Below are positions 18,567 through 26,516 of a stretch of 64,000 bases of DNA, piece by piece. This stretch comes from an uncultured Myxococcales bacterium (GTDB lineage Bacteria; Myxococcota_A; Bradymonadia; REDH01). Location of the stretch: contig CBDUJZ010000001.1 of assembly GCA_965367675.1 (NCBI GenBank), forward strand, positions 20,856 to 84,855, written 5' to 3'. A program made the translations under genes and the position numbers. The number at the start of each line of letters is the position of its first letter. Position 1 is the first letter of the stretch. The notes beneath the pieces were generated by a model, which was not told where the DNA came from, ran no database searches, and saw only the letters and a program-made list of their open reading frames with translations.

Positions 18567-19307
18567 ATGCAGATGGGTTTCAACAACGACGTTGAGTACA
18601 AACGTCTCACGCTGCACATCCAGACGGAGGACCACGGTCTGCCGGCGATGAAGATCACATCGCAGGTGTTCCTCGGCGGTGCCATCGTCGACACGAAGAC
18701 GATGTCGTACGAAGGGGAGATCGACGGGTTGGAAGATGAGCCTCGTGACGAGCGTATCCGCGCGATCATGAAGGGGCTTCATCGGAAGTTCTACCAGCGG
18801 ATCCACGAGGGCATCTACGACGAGAAGCTTCCGATCACGAACGAGGCGCAAGCGGAAGCGGACGCGGCGGCTGCGGTGGATGCACCTGCTGCGGCGCCGG
18901 CCAAGCCGGTGGCCCCGGTGGCGGCGGAGAGCTCGGACGTGGGGCTGGAAGTGCCTACGGACATGATCGAGGCGGAAGGCTTCACGGTCGCCGGGGAGCA
19001 CGCGGAGTTGGGCGCGGACTACGAGGCGAACAGCCGCGGCGCGCCGATGGTGGACTTCGAGCCGGAGACGCTTCGCGGCAACAATATTGAGGCGCTGGCG
19101 GCAGCGGCGAGTGGCCCGACCGGCGCTGGCTTTGTACAGCTCGGCGGTTTGGGTAGCGGTGCGCACGAGATCGCCGAAGAGGTTCCGCGTCCGGCTGGCA
19201 AGCTGCCGAACGCGGCGGTTCCGATGTACGGCTCGACCCGCGCGTTTCAGGGGCTGGAAGTGAAAGAGAACTTTGGTGCGTTGCTGCTCGAGGCGCTGTC
19301 CGCGTGA
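18567..19307 (+). CDS. Hypothetical cytoplasmic protein (structured ~90-aa N-terminus, Ala/Pro/Glu-rich remainder)
   Basis: ATG follows GGAGGACGCG. The coding-like composition differs from the Arg-rich antisense frame. I recognise no motif. Confidence 0.55.
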   Translation: MQMGFNNDVEYKRLTLHIQTEDHGLPAMKITSQVFLGGAIVDTKTMSYEGEIDGLEDEPRDERIRAIMKGLHRKFYQRIHEGIYDEKLPITNEAQAEADAAAAVDAPAAAPAKPVAPVAAESSDVGLEVPTDMIEAEGFTVAGEHAELGADYEANSRGAPMVDFEPETLRGNNIEALAAAASGPTGAGFVQLGGLGSGAHEIAEEVPRPAGKLPNAAVPMYGSTRAFQGLEVKENFGALLLEALSA

Positions 19308-20116
19308 TGCGTTCGCCGCTGCGTGACTTCGTACGCGGTGCTGTTGCACGTGCGGGCGCTTGTTTCGCGCGCTCCGGCGCGGCGATCTGCGGTGGGCTCA
19401 CGCTCGTCGCGCTGGTCGGTGTGGCGCCCACGGCTTGGTCGCAGTCCCGCACGACCCGCCCGCCGCATGTGTTGTACGGCGCAGCGTCGGCGGCTGCTCC
19501 GGTGCCGTTCCTCCGTCGCTTTCGGCCGGAGGTTCAGGGCACCACGTTGGGCGCGCTGGTTGTTGCGCGGGCGCAGGAGCGCTGCGGGTCGGAGCCCAGG
19601 GCGGTGGCCGCAGCGACGGTTGGTTTGTTGGGTGCAGTCGACGTCGCGTTGGGCTCCGTGCAAGCTGCCGCGCAGGCGTCGGCCGGTGGTTATGCTCCGT
19701 TGGACCCGCCGTTTCGAAGTCGACAAGGCGCGCTGGCGTGGCCAGTGAGTCGGAATCGGTTGCGGGCGCCGTTTGGTGATCGCGCTCGGCCGGAGCTGAA
19801 CTTGGTGGACCGTCACACGGGGCTGAGTTTCCAGGTGGTGTCCGGGTTGCCGGTGTACGCTGCTGCCGATGGCGTGGTGGTGTACTCCGCGTCGTTGGTG
19901 GGGCTTGGAACGGTGCTGATCGTGGAGCACGGCGATTTGTATCACACGGTTTACGCGGGCTTGTCGGAGGCGCTGGTCGCGCCGGGTGAGCCGGTGACGG
20001 GTGGCGCCGAGGTGGGGTTGGCGGGAGCGGGCGTGGGCCGTTGGACGGACGAAGTCTATTTTGAAATTCGCGACCGCGGCCTTCCGGTGGATCCGGCACC
20101 GTGGTTACGTAGATAG
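19307..20116 (+). CDS. M23/LytM-domain protein with degenerate active site (EnvC/NlpD-like)
   Basis: LytM fold motifs are present (PVYAAADGVVVYSASLVGLGTVLIVEHGDLYHTVYAGL, VYFEIRDRGLPVDP). The Zn-ligand positions read HTGLS (HxxxD with D to S) and EVYFE (HxH lost). The ATG overlaps the upstream TGA (TGATG). Confidence 0.8.
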   Translation: MRSPLRDFVRGAVARAGACFARSGAAICGGLTLVALVGVAPTAWSQSRTTRPPHVLYGAASAAAPVPFLRRFRPEVQGTTLGALVVARAQERCGSEPRAVAAATVGLLGAVDVALGSVQAAAQASAGGYAPLDPPFRSRQGALAWPVSRNRLRAPFGDRARPELNLVDRHTGLSFQVVSGLPVYAAADGVVVYSASLVGLGTVLIVEHGDLYHTVYAGLSEALVAPGEPVTGGAEVGLAGAGVGRWTDEVYFEIRDRGLPVDPAPWLRR

Positions 20117-20156
20117 GACGGGTGCCGCGTTTGGCGCCCTCCGCGACGGAGATACG

Positions 20157-21377
20157 ATGCGACAGGTGAGGTTCTTGGCGAGTTTGGGAGTGGCGGGAGC
20201 GCTGGGTTGGTTCGCCGGAGCTGCGGGCCCCGCGCCGGCGTTCGCGCAGCCGATGTACGACCATTTGGCGATCTTCGCTGAGGTGCTGGGGCACGTTCAG
20301 CACCGTTACGTGGACGAGATCGACGAGGCGGTGCTCATCGAGGCGGCCGTCGAGGGCATGCTGAGCGAGCTGGATCCGCATTCGGTGTACATGAACCCCG
20401 AGGAGTACGAGGCGATGAAGAACGACACGCGCGGCGAGTACGTGGGTGTTGGAATCGTGATCGCGGAGGACGACGAGGGCGTTTGGGTACGCGAGGTGTT
20501 CCCGGGCGGGCCGGCCGATTTGGCTGGCGTGCTGGTGGACGACCGGATTGTGGCGATCAACGGCGAGGCGATGGTGGGCGCGCAGACGAGCGACGTGGTG
20601 AGCGTTCTCCGTGGCCGCCGCGGCGAGCCCGTGACGGTGACGATCTCGCGTATGTCGCCGGAGGCAGAGGCGCGCGTGGAGCGTGAGTTGGAGGTGGTCC
20701 GCGACATGATTCACATGGAGGCGGTGGTCGAGTTCCAACCGCTGCCGGGCTACGGGGTGCTGCGCGTGCGTCAGTTCCAGGCCAACGTGAGTGACGACGT
20801 GCGAGGCGCGATCGATCGGCTGCAGTCGGAGCACGGCGCGGAGCTTGAGGGGGTGGTGCTGGACCTCCGCGGTAACCCGGGTGGGTTGCTGAGCGAGGCG
20901 ATTTCGCTCTCGGACGTGTTCATGTCGGAGGGGGAGATCGTGTCGACGGGCGGTCGCGCTGAGCCCGAGAATCACTGGACGGCGCGGCGCAATACGACGC
21001 GTTTTTCAGGGCCGGTGGTGGTGCTGATGAACGCGGGTTCGGCGAGCGCTTCGGAGATTGTCGCCGGCGCGCTTCAGGACACCGGGCGGGCGTCGATCGT
21101 GGGCACGCAGAGCTATGGAAAGGGCTCGGTGCAGACGATCATCGACCTGGCGGACGGCAGCGGACTCAAGCTGACGATTTCGCGGTATTACACGCCGAGC
21201 GGGCGATCGATCAGCGGCGAAGGCATCACGCCGGACTGGGTGGTGACGTCGGACGCGGTGGACGTGCCGCGGTCTGAGGCGCTGGTCAACGTGGAGGACC
21301 CGCAGCTGCGGGCGGCGCTTCAGTTGCTGATCGAGCCGCCAGCGCTCGGGCTTCCGGTGCTGCAGGCGGCAGAGTAG
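20157..21377 (+). CDS. ctpA: S41 C-terminal processing peptidase with PDZ domain
   Basis: Signal MRQVRFLASLGVAGALGWFAGA. PDZ segment GVGIVIAEDDEGVWVREVFPGGPADLAGV. Motifs LDLRGNPGGLL, GSASASEIVAGALQD and GKGSVQT. Confidence 0.9.
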   Translation: MRQVRFLASLGVAGALGWFAGAAGPAPAFAQPMYDHLAIFAEVLGHVQHRYVDEIDEAVLIEAAVEGMLSELDPHSVYMNPEEYEAMKNDTRGEYVGVGIVIAEDDEGVWVREVFPGGPADLAGVLVDDRIVAINGEAMVGAQTSDVVSVLRGRRGEPVTVTISRMSPEAEARVERELEVVRDMIHMEAVVEFQPLPGYGVLRVRQFQANVSDDVRGAIDRLQSEHGAELEGVVLDLRGNPGGLLSEAISLSDVFMSEGEIVSTGGRAEPENHWTARRNTTRFSGPVVVLMNAGSASASEIVAGALQDTGRASIVGTQSYGKGSVQTIIDLADGSGLKLTISRYYTPSGRSISGEGITPDWVVTSDAVDVPRSEALVNVEDPQLRAALQLLIEPPALGLPVLQAAE

Positions 21378-21416
21378 CAGCCGCTCGTGAGCGGCGGCGA
21401 ACGAGGGCTGTGCGGT

Positions 21417-22160
21417 CTACGGGAGGAGCGCGGCGCAGTTCTCGAGGGCGTTGCACGCCGAGGTTTGCACGCACTGCACGTACTGGTTGTACGCGACGGG
21501 CTGTGCTTCGACGGAGGCTTCGCACGAGGCGGCGCAGACGGTTTGGTTCGCGCCGAGGCCGAGGGTGCGCAGCAGGCCGCAGTCGTTGGCGGCGATGCAG
21601 GCTTCGCCGCAGGGCGATTGGGGCAGGCACTCGCATTCGTTGCACTGCTCGCCGGTGGCGCACTGCGCGTTTGAGGTGCAGCCGCAGACTTCGGCGTCGG
21701 TTGCGTCTGCGATTCCGACGTCGCCCTCCGAGATGTCGGAGCCGGTGTCTTCGACGATGGGCACGCCGCGGAGCACGCAGCTATGTCCAAGGCTGAGCGG
21801 TACGATAACGGTGGGGTTTTCGGGCGTGGTCGTTTCGATGATGCGGTCGATGCAGACCGCATCGAGCGTGCCGGTCGCGCGCGGGATGGCTTCGCACTGT
21901 TCGCGGAACTCGAAGACCACGCGTGCGAGCTCGGCGTCAGTGGGTTGATCGCGCGCGGCCACGGGCGAGTCGGGTCGGATGAAGACGACCTCGCAGTCGT
22001 CGTCGGTGAGGCAGTCGCGCTCGAGGATTTGGGTGCGACCTTCGAGGTAGTCGGCCATTTGTTCGCAGCGCTCGGACTGGGTTTTGTCGGCGCAGGCGCT
22101 GAGGGGCGCGAGCAAGAAGGCGCCGGCAAGCACCGCTCGGAGTGGGATGCTATTGGTCAT
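21417..22160 (-). CDS. Cys-rich lipoprotein, unknown function
   Basis: Lipobox FLLAPLSACAD and about 20 Cys, including CGCTSNAQCATGEQCNECEC. The ATG lies 11 nt inside the upstream gene's end. Confidence 0.6.
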   Translation of the reverse strand: MTNSIPLRAVLAGAFLLAPLSACADKTQSERCEQMADYLEGRTQILERDCLTDDDCEVVFIRPDSPVAARDQPTDAELARVVFEFREQCEAIPRATGTLDAVCIDRIIETTTPENPTVIVPLSLGHSCVLRGVPIVEDTGSDISEGDVGIADATDAEVCGCTSNAQCATGEQCNECECLPQSPCGEACIAANDCGLLRTLGLGANQTVCAASCEASVEAQPVAYNQYVQCVQTSACNALENCAALLP

Positions 22161-22857
22161 TGTCCTTCTTGTTCATGGCGGCCCGCAGTCGGCTGAGGGC
22201 GTCGTCGGCCGAGTGCGTGTTCTCGAGCGCTTGCTGCGTTTCCAACTGGCGAATTTCGCGGTCCAGGCGGACTTGGTCGGGGTCGATGAGCGGGTCGATG
22301 TAAGCGGTGTCCGCGTAGTGGTCCGCGTCGAGGCGGGCTTCGATGTCGTGCAGTTGGTCCTCGAGCTCGGCGAACCGCTCTTGGGCTTGGTCATGGCCGC
22401 GCATCGGTGCGGCGTATGGCGCTGCGCTGGGCACGTACGGCGCTGCGCTGGGGGCGTAGGGAGCGGGCCCGGGTGGTGCATAGGCCCCGCCGGTGGACTG
22501 TACGCGGTGTCGGACGGATTGCAGCGCGCCGCGCATTTGGCCGAGCTCGTCGGCGTTTCGGTCGCGCTGTGACTCGAGGTTTCGGCACTCGGTTTCGAGG
22601 CGGGATTTTTGCTGGAGGAGCCGGTGGGCTTCGTCGTCGTCGCCGCGTCGGACGGCCTGGATGGCGCGCTGCTCTAGGGAAGCGATGGCCTCGAGCGTTC
22701 GGCGTTCGGCGTCGGCGAGTTGGAGGTCGGCGCGCTTGAGGGCGGCGACGGCTTCGGCGGCGTCGCGGAGGGTGGCGCGCGCGTTGGGCTCGTCGCGTCC
22801 GGTGCGGGCTCCGAACTCTGAGCGGACGAGCATGTTGAGACGGTCGAGTATCGACAT
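22150..22857 (-). CDS. PspA/IM30-like coiled-coil protein
   Basis: Track ORF trimmed to ATG 22857. MSILDRLNMLVRSEF resembles the PspA N-terminus. Long heptad-like helices follow, plus an internal (P/S)AAPY x3 repeat. Confidence 0.6.
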   Translation of the reverse strand: MSILDRLNMLVRSEFGARTGRDEPNARATLRDAAEAVAALKRADLQLADAERRTLEAIASLEQRAIQAVRRGDDDEAHRLLQQKSRLETECRNLESQRDRNADELGQMRGALQSVRHRVQSTGGAYAPPGPAPYAPSAAPYVPSAAPYAAPMRGHDQAQERFAELEDQLHDIEARLDADHYADTAYIDPLIDPDQVRLDREIRQLETQQALENTHSADDALSRLRAAMNKKDNDQ

Positions 22858-23044
22858 GGCGGTTCGTTGGAGGCGCGGTGTTTCGAGCGCGTCACGATCG
22901 CAGCGTGCGGGCGTGTTCGCGCTGAGGCGTGGCGGTAGGTTCCCTGCGCAGCATGTGTGTAGCGCTTGTGTGCGCGCGCGGGAAGGCATTGCCGCGCGGC
23001 GCGTAGTCCGGTACGCGGCGCGCGCCCCTTGCATTCGAGCACCG

Positions 23045-24637
23045 ATGTCCAAACTCCAAAAAGAAATCGCCAAGCGGCGAACGTTCGCGATCATCTCTCA
23101 CCCCGACGCGGGTAAGACGACGATGACCGAGAAGCTGCTGTTGCTCGGCGGCGCGATCCAGCTCGCGGGTACGGTCAAGGCGCGCAAGGCGGCGCGTCAC
23201 GCGACGTCGGACTGGATGCAGATGGAGAAAGACCGCGGCATCTCGGTCACGTCGTCGGTGATGAAGTTTGAGTACGACGGCTACGAGGTGAACCTGCTGG
23301 ATACGCCGGGCCACAACGACTTCAGCGAGGACACGTATCGCGTGCTCACGGCGGTCGACAGCGCGCTGATGCTGATCGACAGCGCGAAGGGCGTGGAGGC
23401 TCAGACGGTCAAGTTGATGAACGTTTGTCGCATGCGGAACACGCCGATTGTGACGTTCATGAACAAGCTCGACCGCGAGGGTTTGGACCCGTTCGAGTTG
23501 ATGGAGAACGTGGAGAACGTGCTCGGCATGGACTGCTGTCCGATGACGTGGCCGATCGGCATGGGCAAGAGTTTCCGCGGCGTTTACGACATTCGCCACG
23601 GCAACATCTTGCTGTTTGATGCGGCGGCGGAGGGCGGTCGCGGCGACTACGTGGAGGTGGCGCTGGACAGCGACAAGCTGGCGTATCACGTGGGTGCCAA
23701 GAACGCGGCGGAGCTGCGTGAGGAGCTGGAGTTGGTGATCGGCGCTGGCGTTGAGTTCAACGAGGCGGCGTTCCGCGCGGGAAAGCAGACGCCGGTGTTC
23801 TTCGGCAGCGCGCTGGTCGGCTTCGGGGTTGAGGAGATGTTCCGCACGTTCGCGGAGATTACGCCTCCGCCGCAGCCCCGCGCCGCCATCGAGCGCATGG
23901 TGGAGCCGACGGAGCCGGATTTCTCGGGATTCGTGTTCAAGATTCAGGCGAACATGGACCCCAAGCACCGCGACCGCATCGCGTTCATGCGCGTGTGCAG
24001 TGGCAAGTTCGAGCGGGGTGGTAAGGCCACCAACGTGCGGCTTGGGCGGGAGGTGAAGTTCACGAACCCGATCATCTTCATGGCGCAGGCGCGCGAGATC
24101 GTCGAGGAGGCGTATCCTGGCGATATTGTTGGGCTTCACGACACTGGCGTGATCGAGATTGGCGACACGTTCACGAGTGGTGGCCCGCTGCATTTCACGG
24201 GCATCCCGTCGTTCGCGCCTGAGATTTTCCGTCGCGTTCGGCTCGAGGATCCGCTCGGTATGAAGAAGCTCCGCAAGGGGCTGCATCAGCTGGCATCCGA
24301 GGGCGCGGTGCAGCTGTTCAAGCCAGTGAACTCGGCCGACCTGGTGGTGGGCGTGGTCGGCGCGCTGCAGCTGGATGTGCTGAAGTTCCGGCTGCAATCG
24401 GAGTACAGCGTTCGTGGTATCTTTGAGTCCGTGGAGCTCGCCACGGCGCGTTGGTATCGGGCCGAGGACGATGAGTCGCGCGAGGCTTTCGAGCGCGCGC
24501 TTTCGCGGTATGTGGCGCACGACGCGAAGGAGCGGCCCGTGTACCTCGTTGAGTCGAACTGGCGGCTCAACTATACGGCGGAGCAGCACCCCAAGATTCG
24601 ATTCTTTGAGACCAGCGATGGCTACGAGCGCGGCTAA
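23045..24637 (+). CDS. prfC: Peptide chain release factor 3
   Basis: MSKLQKEIAKRRTFAIISHPDAGKTTMTEKLLL, DTPGHNDF, NKLDREG. The trimmed length of 530 aa matches RF3. The track start at 22493 is an upstream extension. Confidence 0.95.
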   Translation: MSKLQKEIAKRRTFAIISHPDAGKTTMTEKLLLLGGAIQLAGTVKARKAARHATSDWMQMEKDRGISVTSSVMKFEYDGYEVNLLDTPGHNDFSEDTYRVLTAVDSALMLIDSAKGVEAQTVKLMNVCRMRNTPIVTFMNKLDREGLDPFELMENVENVLGMDCCPMTWPIGMGKSFRGVYDIRHGNILLFDAAAEGGRGDYVEVALDSDKLAYHVGAKNAAELREELELVIGAGVEFNEAAFRAGKQTPVFFGSALVGFGVEEMFRTFAEITPPPQPRAAIERMVEPTEPDFSGFVFKIQANMDPKHRDRIAFMRVCSGKFERGGKATNVRLGREVKFTNPIIFMAQAREIVEEAYPGDIVGLHDTGVIEIGDTFTSGGPLHFTGIPSFAPEIFRRVRLEDPLGMKKLRKGLHQLASEGAVQLFKPVNSADLVVGVVGALQLDVLKFRLQSEYSVRGIFESVELATARWYRAEDDESREAFERALSRYVAHDAKERPVYLVESNWRLNYTAEQHPKIRFFETSDGYERG

Positions 24638-24670
24638 CGCCCGCCCGCCCGCTGCACCCCTGGAGCGTCT

Positions 24671-25741
24671 ATGTCCGTTGACCGCATTGTTGAAATTCTC
24701 GGTGACCAGGCCGACGGCCTGCTGAACCACACCTGCACGGCCATCCCGAAGGAGCGCATCCACGCGCCCGCCGGCGATATCGTGGACCGCGTGTGGGTTC
24801 CGTCGAACCGCTCGCCGAACGTGCTGTGCAATCTGCAGCGCATCCTCGACCACGGTCGTCTCGCGGGCACCGGCTACGTGTCGATTCTTCCGGTGGACCA
24901 GGGCATTGAGCACTCCGCGGGGGCTTCGTTCGCCAAGAACCCGGACTACTTCGATCCCGAGAACATCGTGAAGCTCGCCATCGAGGGCGGCTGCAACGCG
25001 GTGGCGACCACGTACGGCGTGCTCGGCAGCGTGGCGCGCAAGTACGCGCACCGGATTCCGTTCATCCTGAAGATCAACCACAACGAGCTGCTCACGTACC
25101 CGAACACGTTCGACCAGGTGATCTTCGGGTCCGTCGACGAGGCGTTCGAGCTGGGCTGCGCCGCCGTTGGCGCGACGATCTACTTTGGTAGCGACGAGTC
25201 GAGCCGCCAGATCGTGGAGATCGCCGAGGCGTTCGCGCGGGCGCACGAGCTGGGCATGGCGACGGTGCTTTGGTGCTACCTGCGCAACCCGGCGTTTAAG
25301 GTGAACGGCGTGGACTACCACGCAGCGGCCGACCTGACGGCGCAGGCGATCCACCTGGGCGTGACGCTCGGCGCGGACATTGTGAAGCAGAAGCTGCCGA
25401 CGAACAACGGCGGCTACAAGGCGCTCAACAGCGGCGACAGCAGCTACGGCAAGCTCGACGAGCGTATGTACACGGACCTGACGACGGACCACCCGATTGA
25501 CCTGGTGCGCTACCAAGTCGCGAACGCGTACATGGGCCGCTGCGGTCTGATCAACTCGGGCGGTGCTTCGGGCACCAACGACCTGCAGCAAGCGGTGCAG
25601 ACGGCGGTGGTGAACAAGCGCGGCGGCGGCATGGGCCTGATCTCGGGCCGCAAGGCGTTCCAGAAGCCGTTGGCCGAGGGCGTCGAGCTGCTGAACGCGA
25701 TTCAGGACGTGTACTTGGCGCCTGAGATCACGATCGCCTAG
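24671..25741 (+). CDS. fbaB: Class I fructose-bisphosphate aldolase (FbaB/DhnA type)
   Basis: [40 protein letters not shown] and IVKQKLP (Schiff-base Lys region). Length is 356 aa. Confidence 0.8.
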   Translation: MSVDRIVEILGDQADGLLNHTCTAIPKERIHAPAGDIVDRVWVPSNRSPNVLCNLQRILDHGRLAGTGYVSILPVDQGIEHSAGASFAKNPDYFDPENIVKLAIEGGCNAVATTYGVLGSVARKYAHRIPFILKINHNELLTYPNTFDQVIFGSVDEAFELGCAAVGATIYFGSDESSRQIVEIAEAFARAHELGMATVLWCYLRNPAFKVNGVDYHAAADLTAQAIHLGVTLGADIVKQKLPTNNGGYKALNSGDSSYGKLDERMYTDLTTDHPIDLVRYQVANAYMGRCGLINSGGASGTNDLQQAVQTAVVNKRGGGMGLISGRKAFQKPLAEGVELLNAIQDVYLAPEITIA

Positions 25742-25820
25742 CGCGATGGCGGCGCCGGTGTATGGGCCGTCGCCGCTTGCGTAGCTCGATTCGAAACACC
25801 GCTGGGTGGCGGTCGGCTCG

Positions 25821-26294
25821 TTAGTCTTCGATGACGTACGGGTCGACCGCGAGCAAGGTTCCGTCGCTCAGCGTGAGCGCGGGGTAGGCCCAGCGGTTGG
25901 GGCCGCCCGGGAGCGTCATGGCGTCGGACTCGATGTGCACGGCGCAGCCGCGGGCGTGTCGGCGCACGATGATGTCGTAGAGCGTGCGTCCTTCGCGGAG
26001 CAGGCCGAAGCGCCAGGTCTGCAGGGACACGTCGAAGCCTTGTCCGCCGATGGTCCAGCCGTTGGAGAGCTCGTCGCCGCTGACCAGGGCTTCCTGAAAG
26101 TAGTCCACGCACTGCTCGAATGGCGCGTCGACCACGCGCTCGAGGACGTCGCCGTCGGACGCGGAGAGCACGTCGAAGGGCAGGTCGAAGGGGAACGTCT
26201 CCAGGTTGCCCGCGCTGTCGGTTTGGGCCGCGGCGGGGGTAGCGAGGAGCAGGAAGGCGGCCGATGCGCAGGCGAGCGTGCGGAGGATTCTCAT
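25821..26294 (-). CDS. Small secreted protein, unknown function
   Basis: Track ORF trimmed to ATG 26294 (MRILRTLACASAAFLLLATPAAAQ signal). The part of the track ORF upstream of this ATG reads through a 22-23-bp non-triplet repeat and is not coding. Confidence 0.5.
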   Translation of the reverse strand: MRILRTLACASAAFLLLATPAAAQTDSAGNLETFPFDLPFDVLSASDGDVLERVVDAPFEQCVDYFQEALVSGDELSNGWTIGGQGFDVSLQTWRFGLLREGRTLYDIIVRRHARGCAVHIESDAMTLPGGPNRWAYPALTLSDGTLLAVDPYVIED

Positions 26295-26315
26295 GGGCCT
26301 AGCATGTGCGGATGT

Positions 26316-26428
26316 GGCGTGGGTTGCAAGTCGCCGAGGCGTGAGGCTGCAAGTCGCCGGGGCGTGAGGCTGCAAGTCGCCGAGGCGTGAGGCTGCAAGT
26401 CGCTGGGCGTGAGGCTGCAAGTCGCCGG
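26316..26428. repeat. Tandem array, 5 x 22-23 bp (GGCGTGAGGCTGCAAGTCGCCGR)
   Basis: Units at 26316-26337, 26338-26360, 26361-26383, 26384-26405 and 26406-26428, followed by a partial GGCGTGGGGG. It lies in the divergent intergenic region between 26294(-) and 26517(+). Confidence 0.9.
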
Positions 26429-26516
26429 GGCGTGGGGGTTGTGCCTACATGTAAGGCCTGCGTAGAATCGCGCGAATGGGGGCTCGATAGGCGACCCCTC
26501 TTTACGCAGGGGGAGT

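Noticed and set aside
22493-23044. Long N-terminal extensions of track ORFs (e.g. prfC from 22493; also 2809..3030, 4659..4856, 8981..9118, 20001..20156, 51094..51207, 53735..54067 and 55959..56270)
   Set aside because: The extensions overlap the preceding gene or are Arg-rich. Internal starts give canonical N-termini, signal peptides or lipoboxes, and often stop/start overlaps.
26316-26428. Possibility that the short tandem arrays (26316, 29438, 32476, 32584, 59069) are CRISPR arrays
   Set aside because: The units are directly adjacent with no unique spacers. They are only 17-23 bp long, and no cas genes are present.
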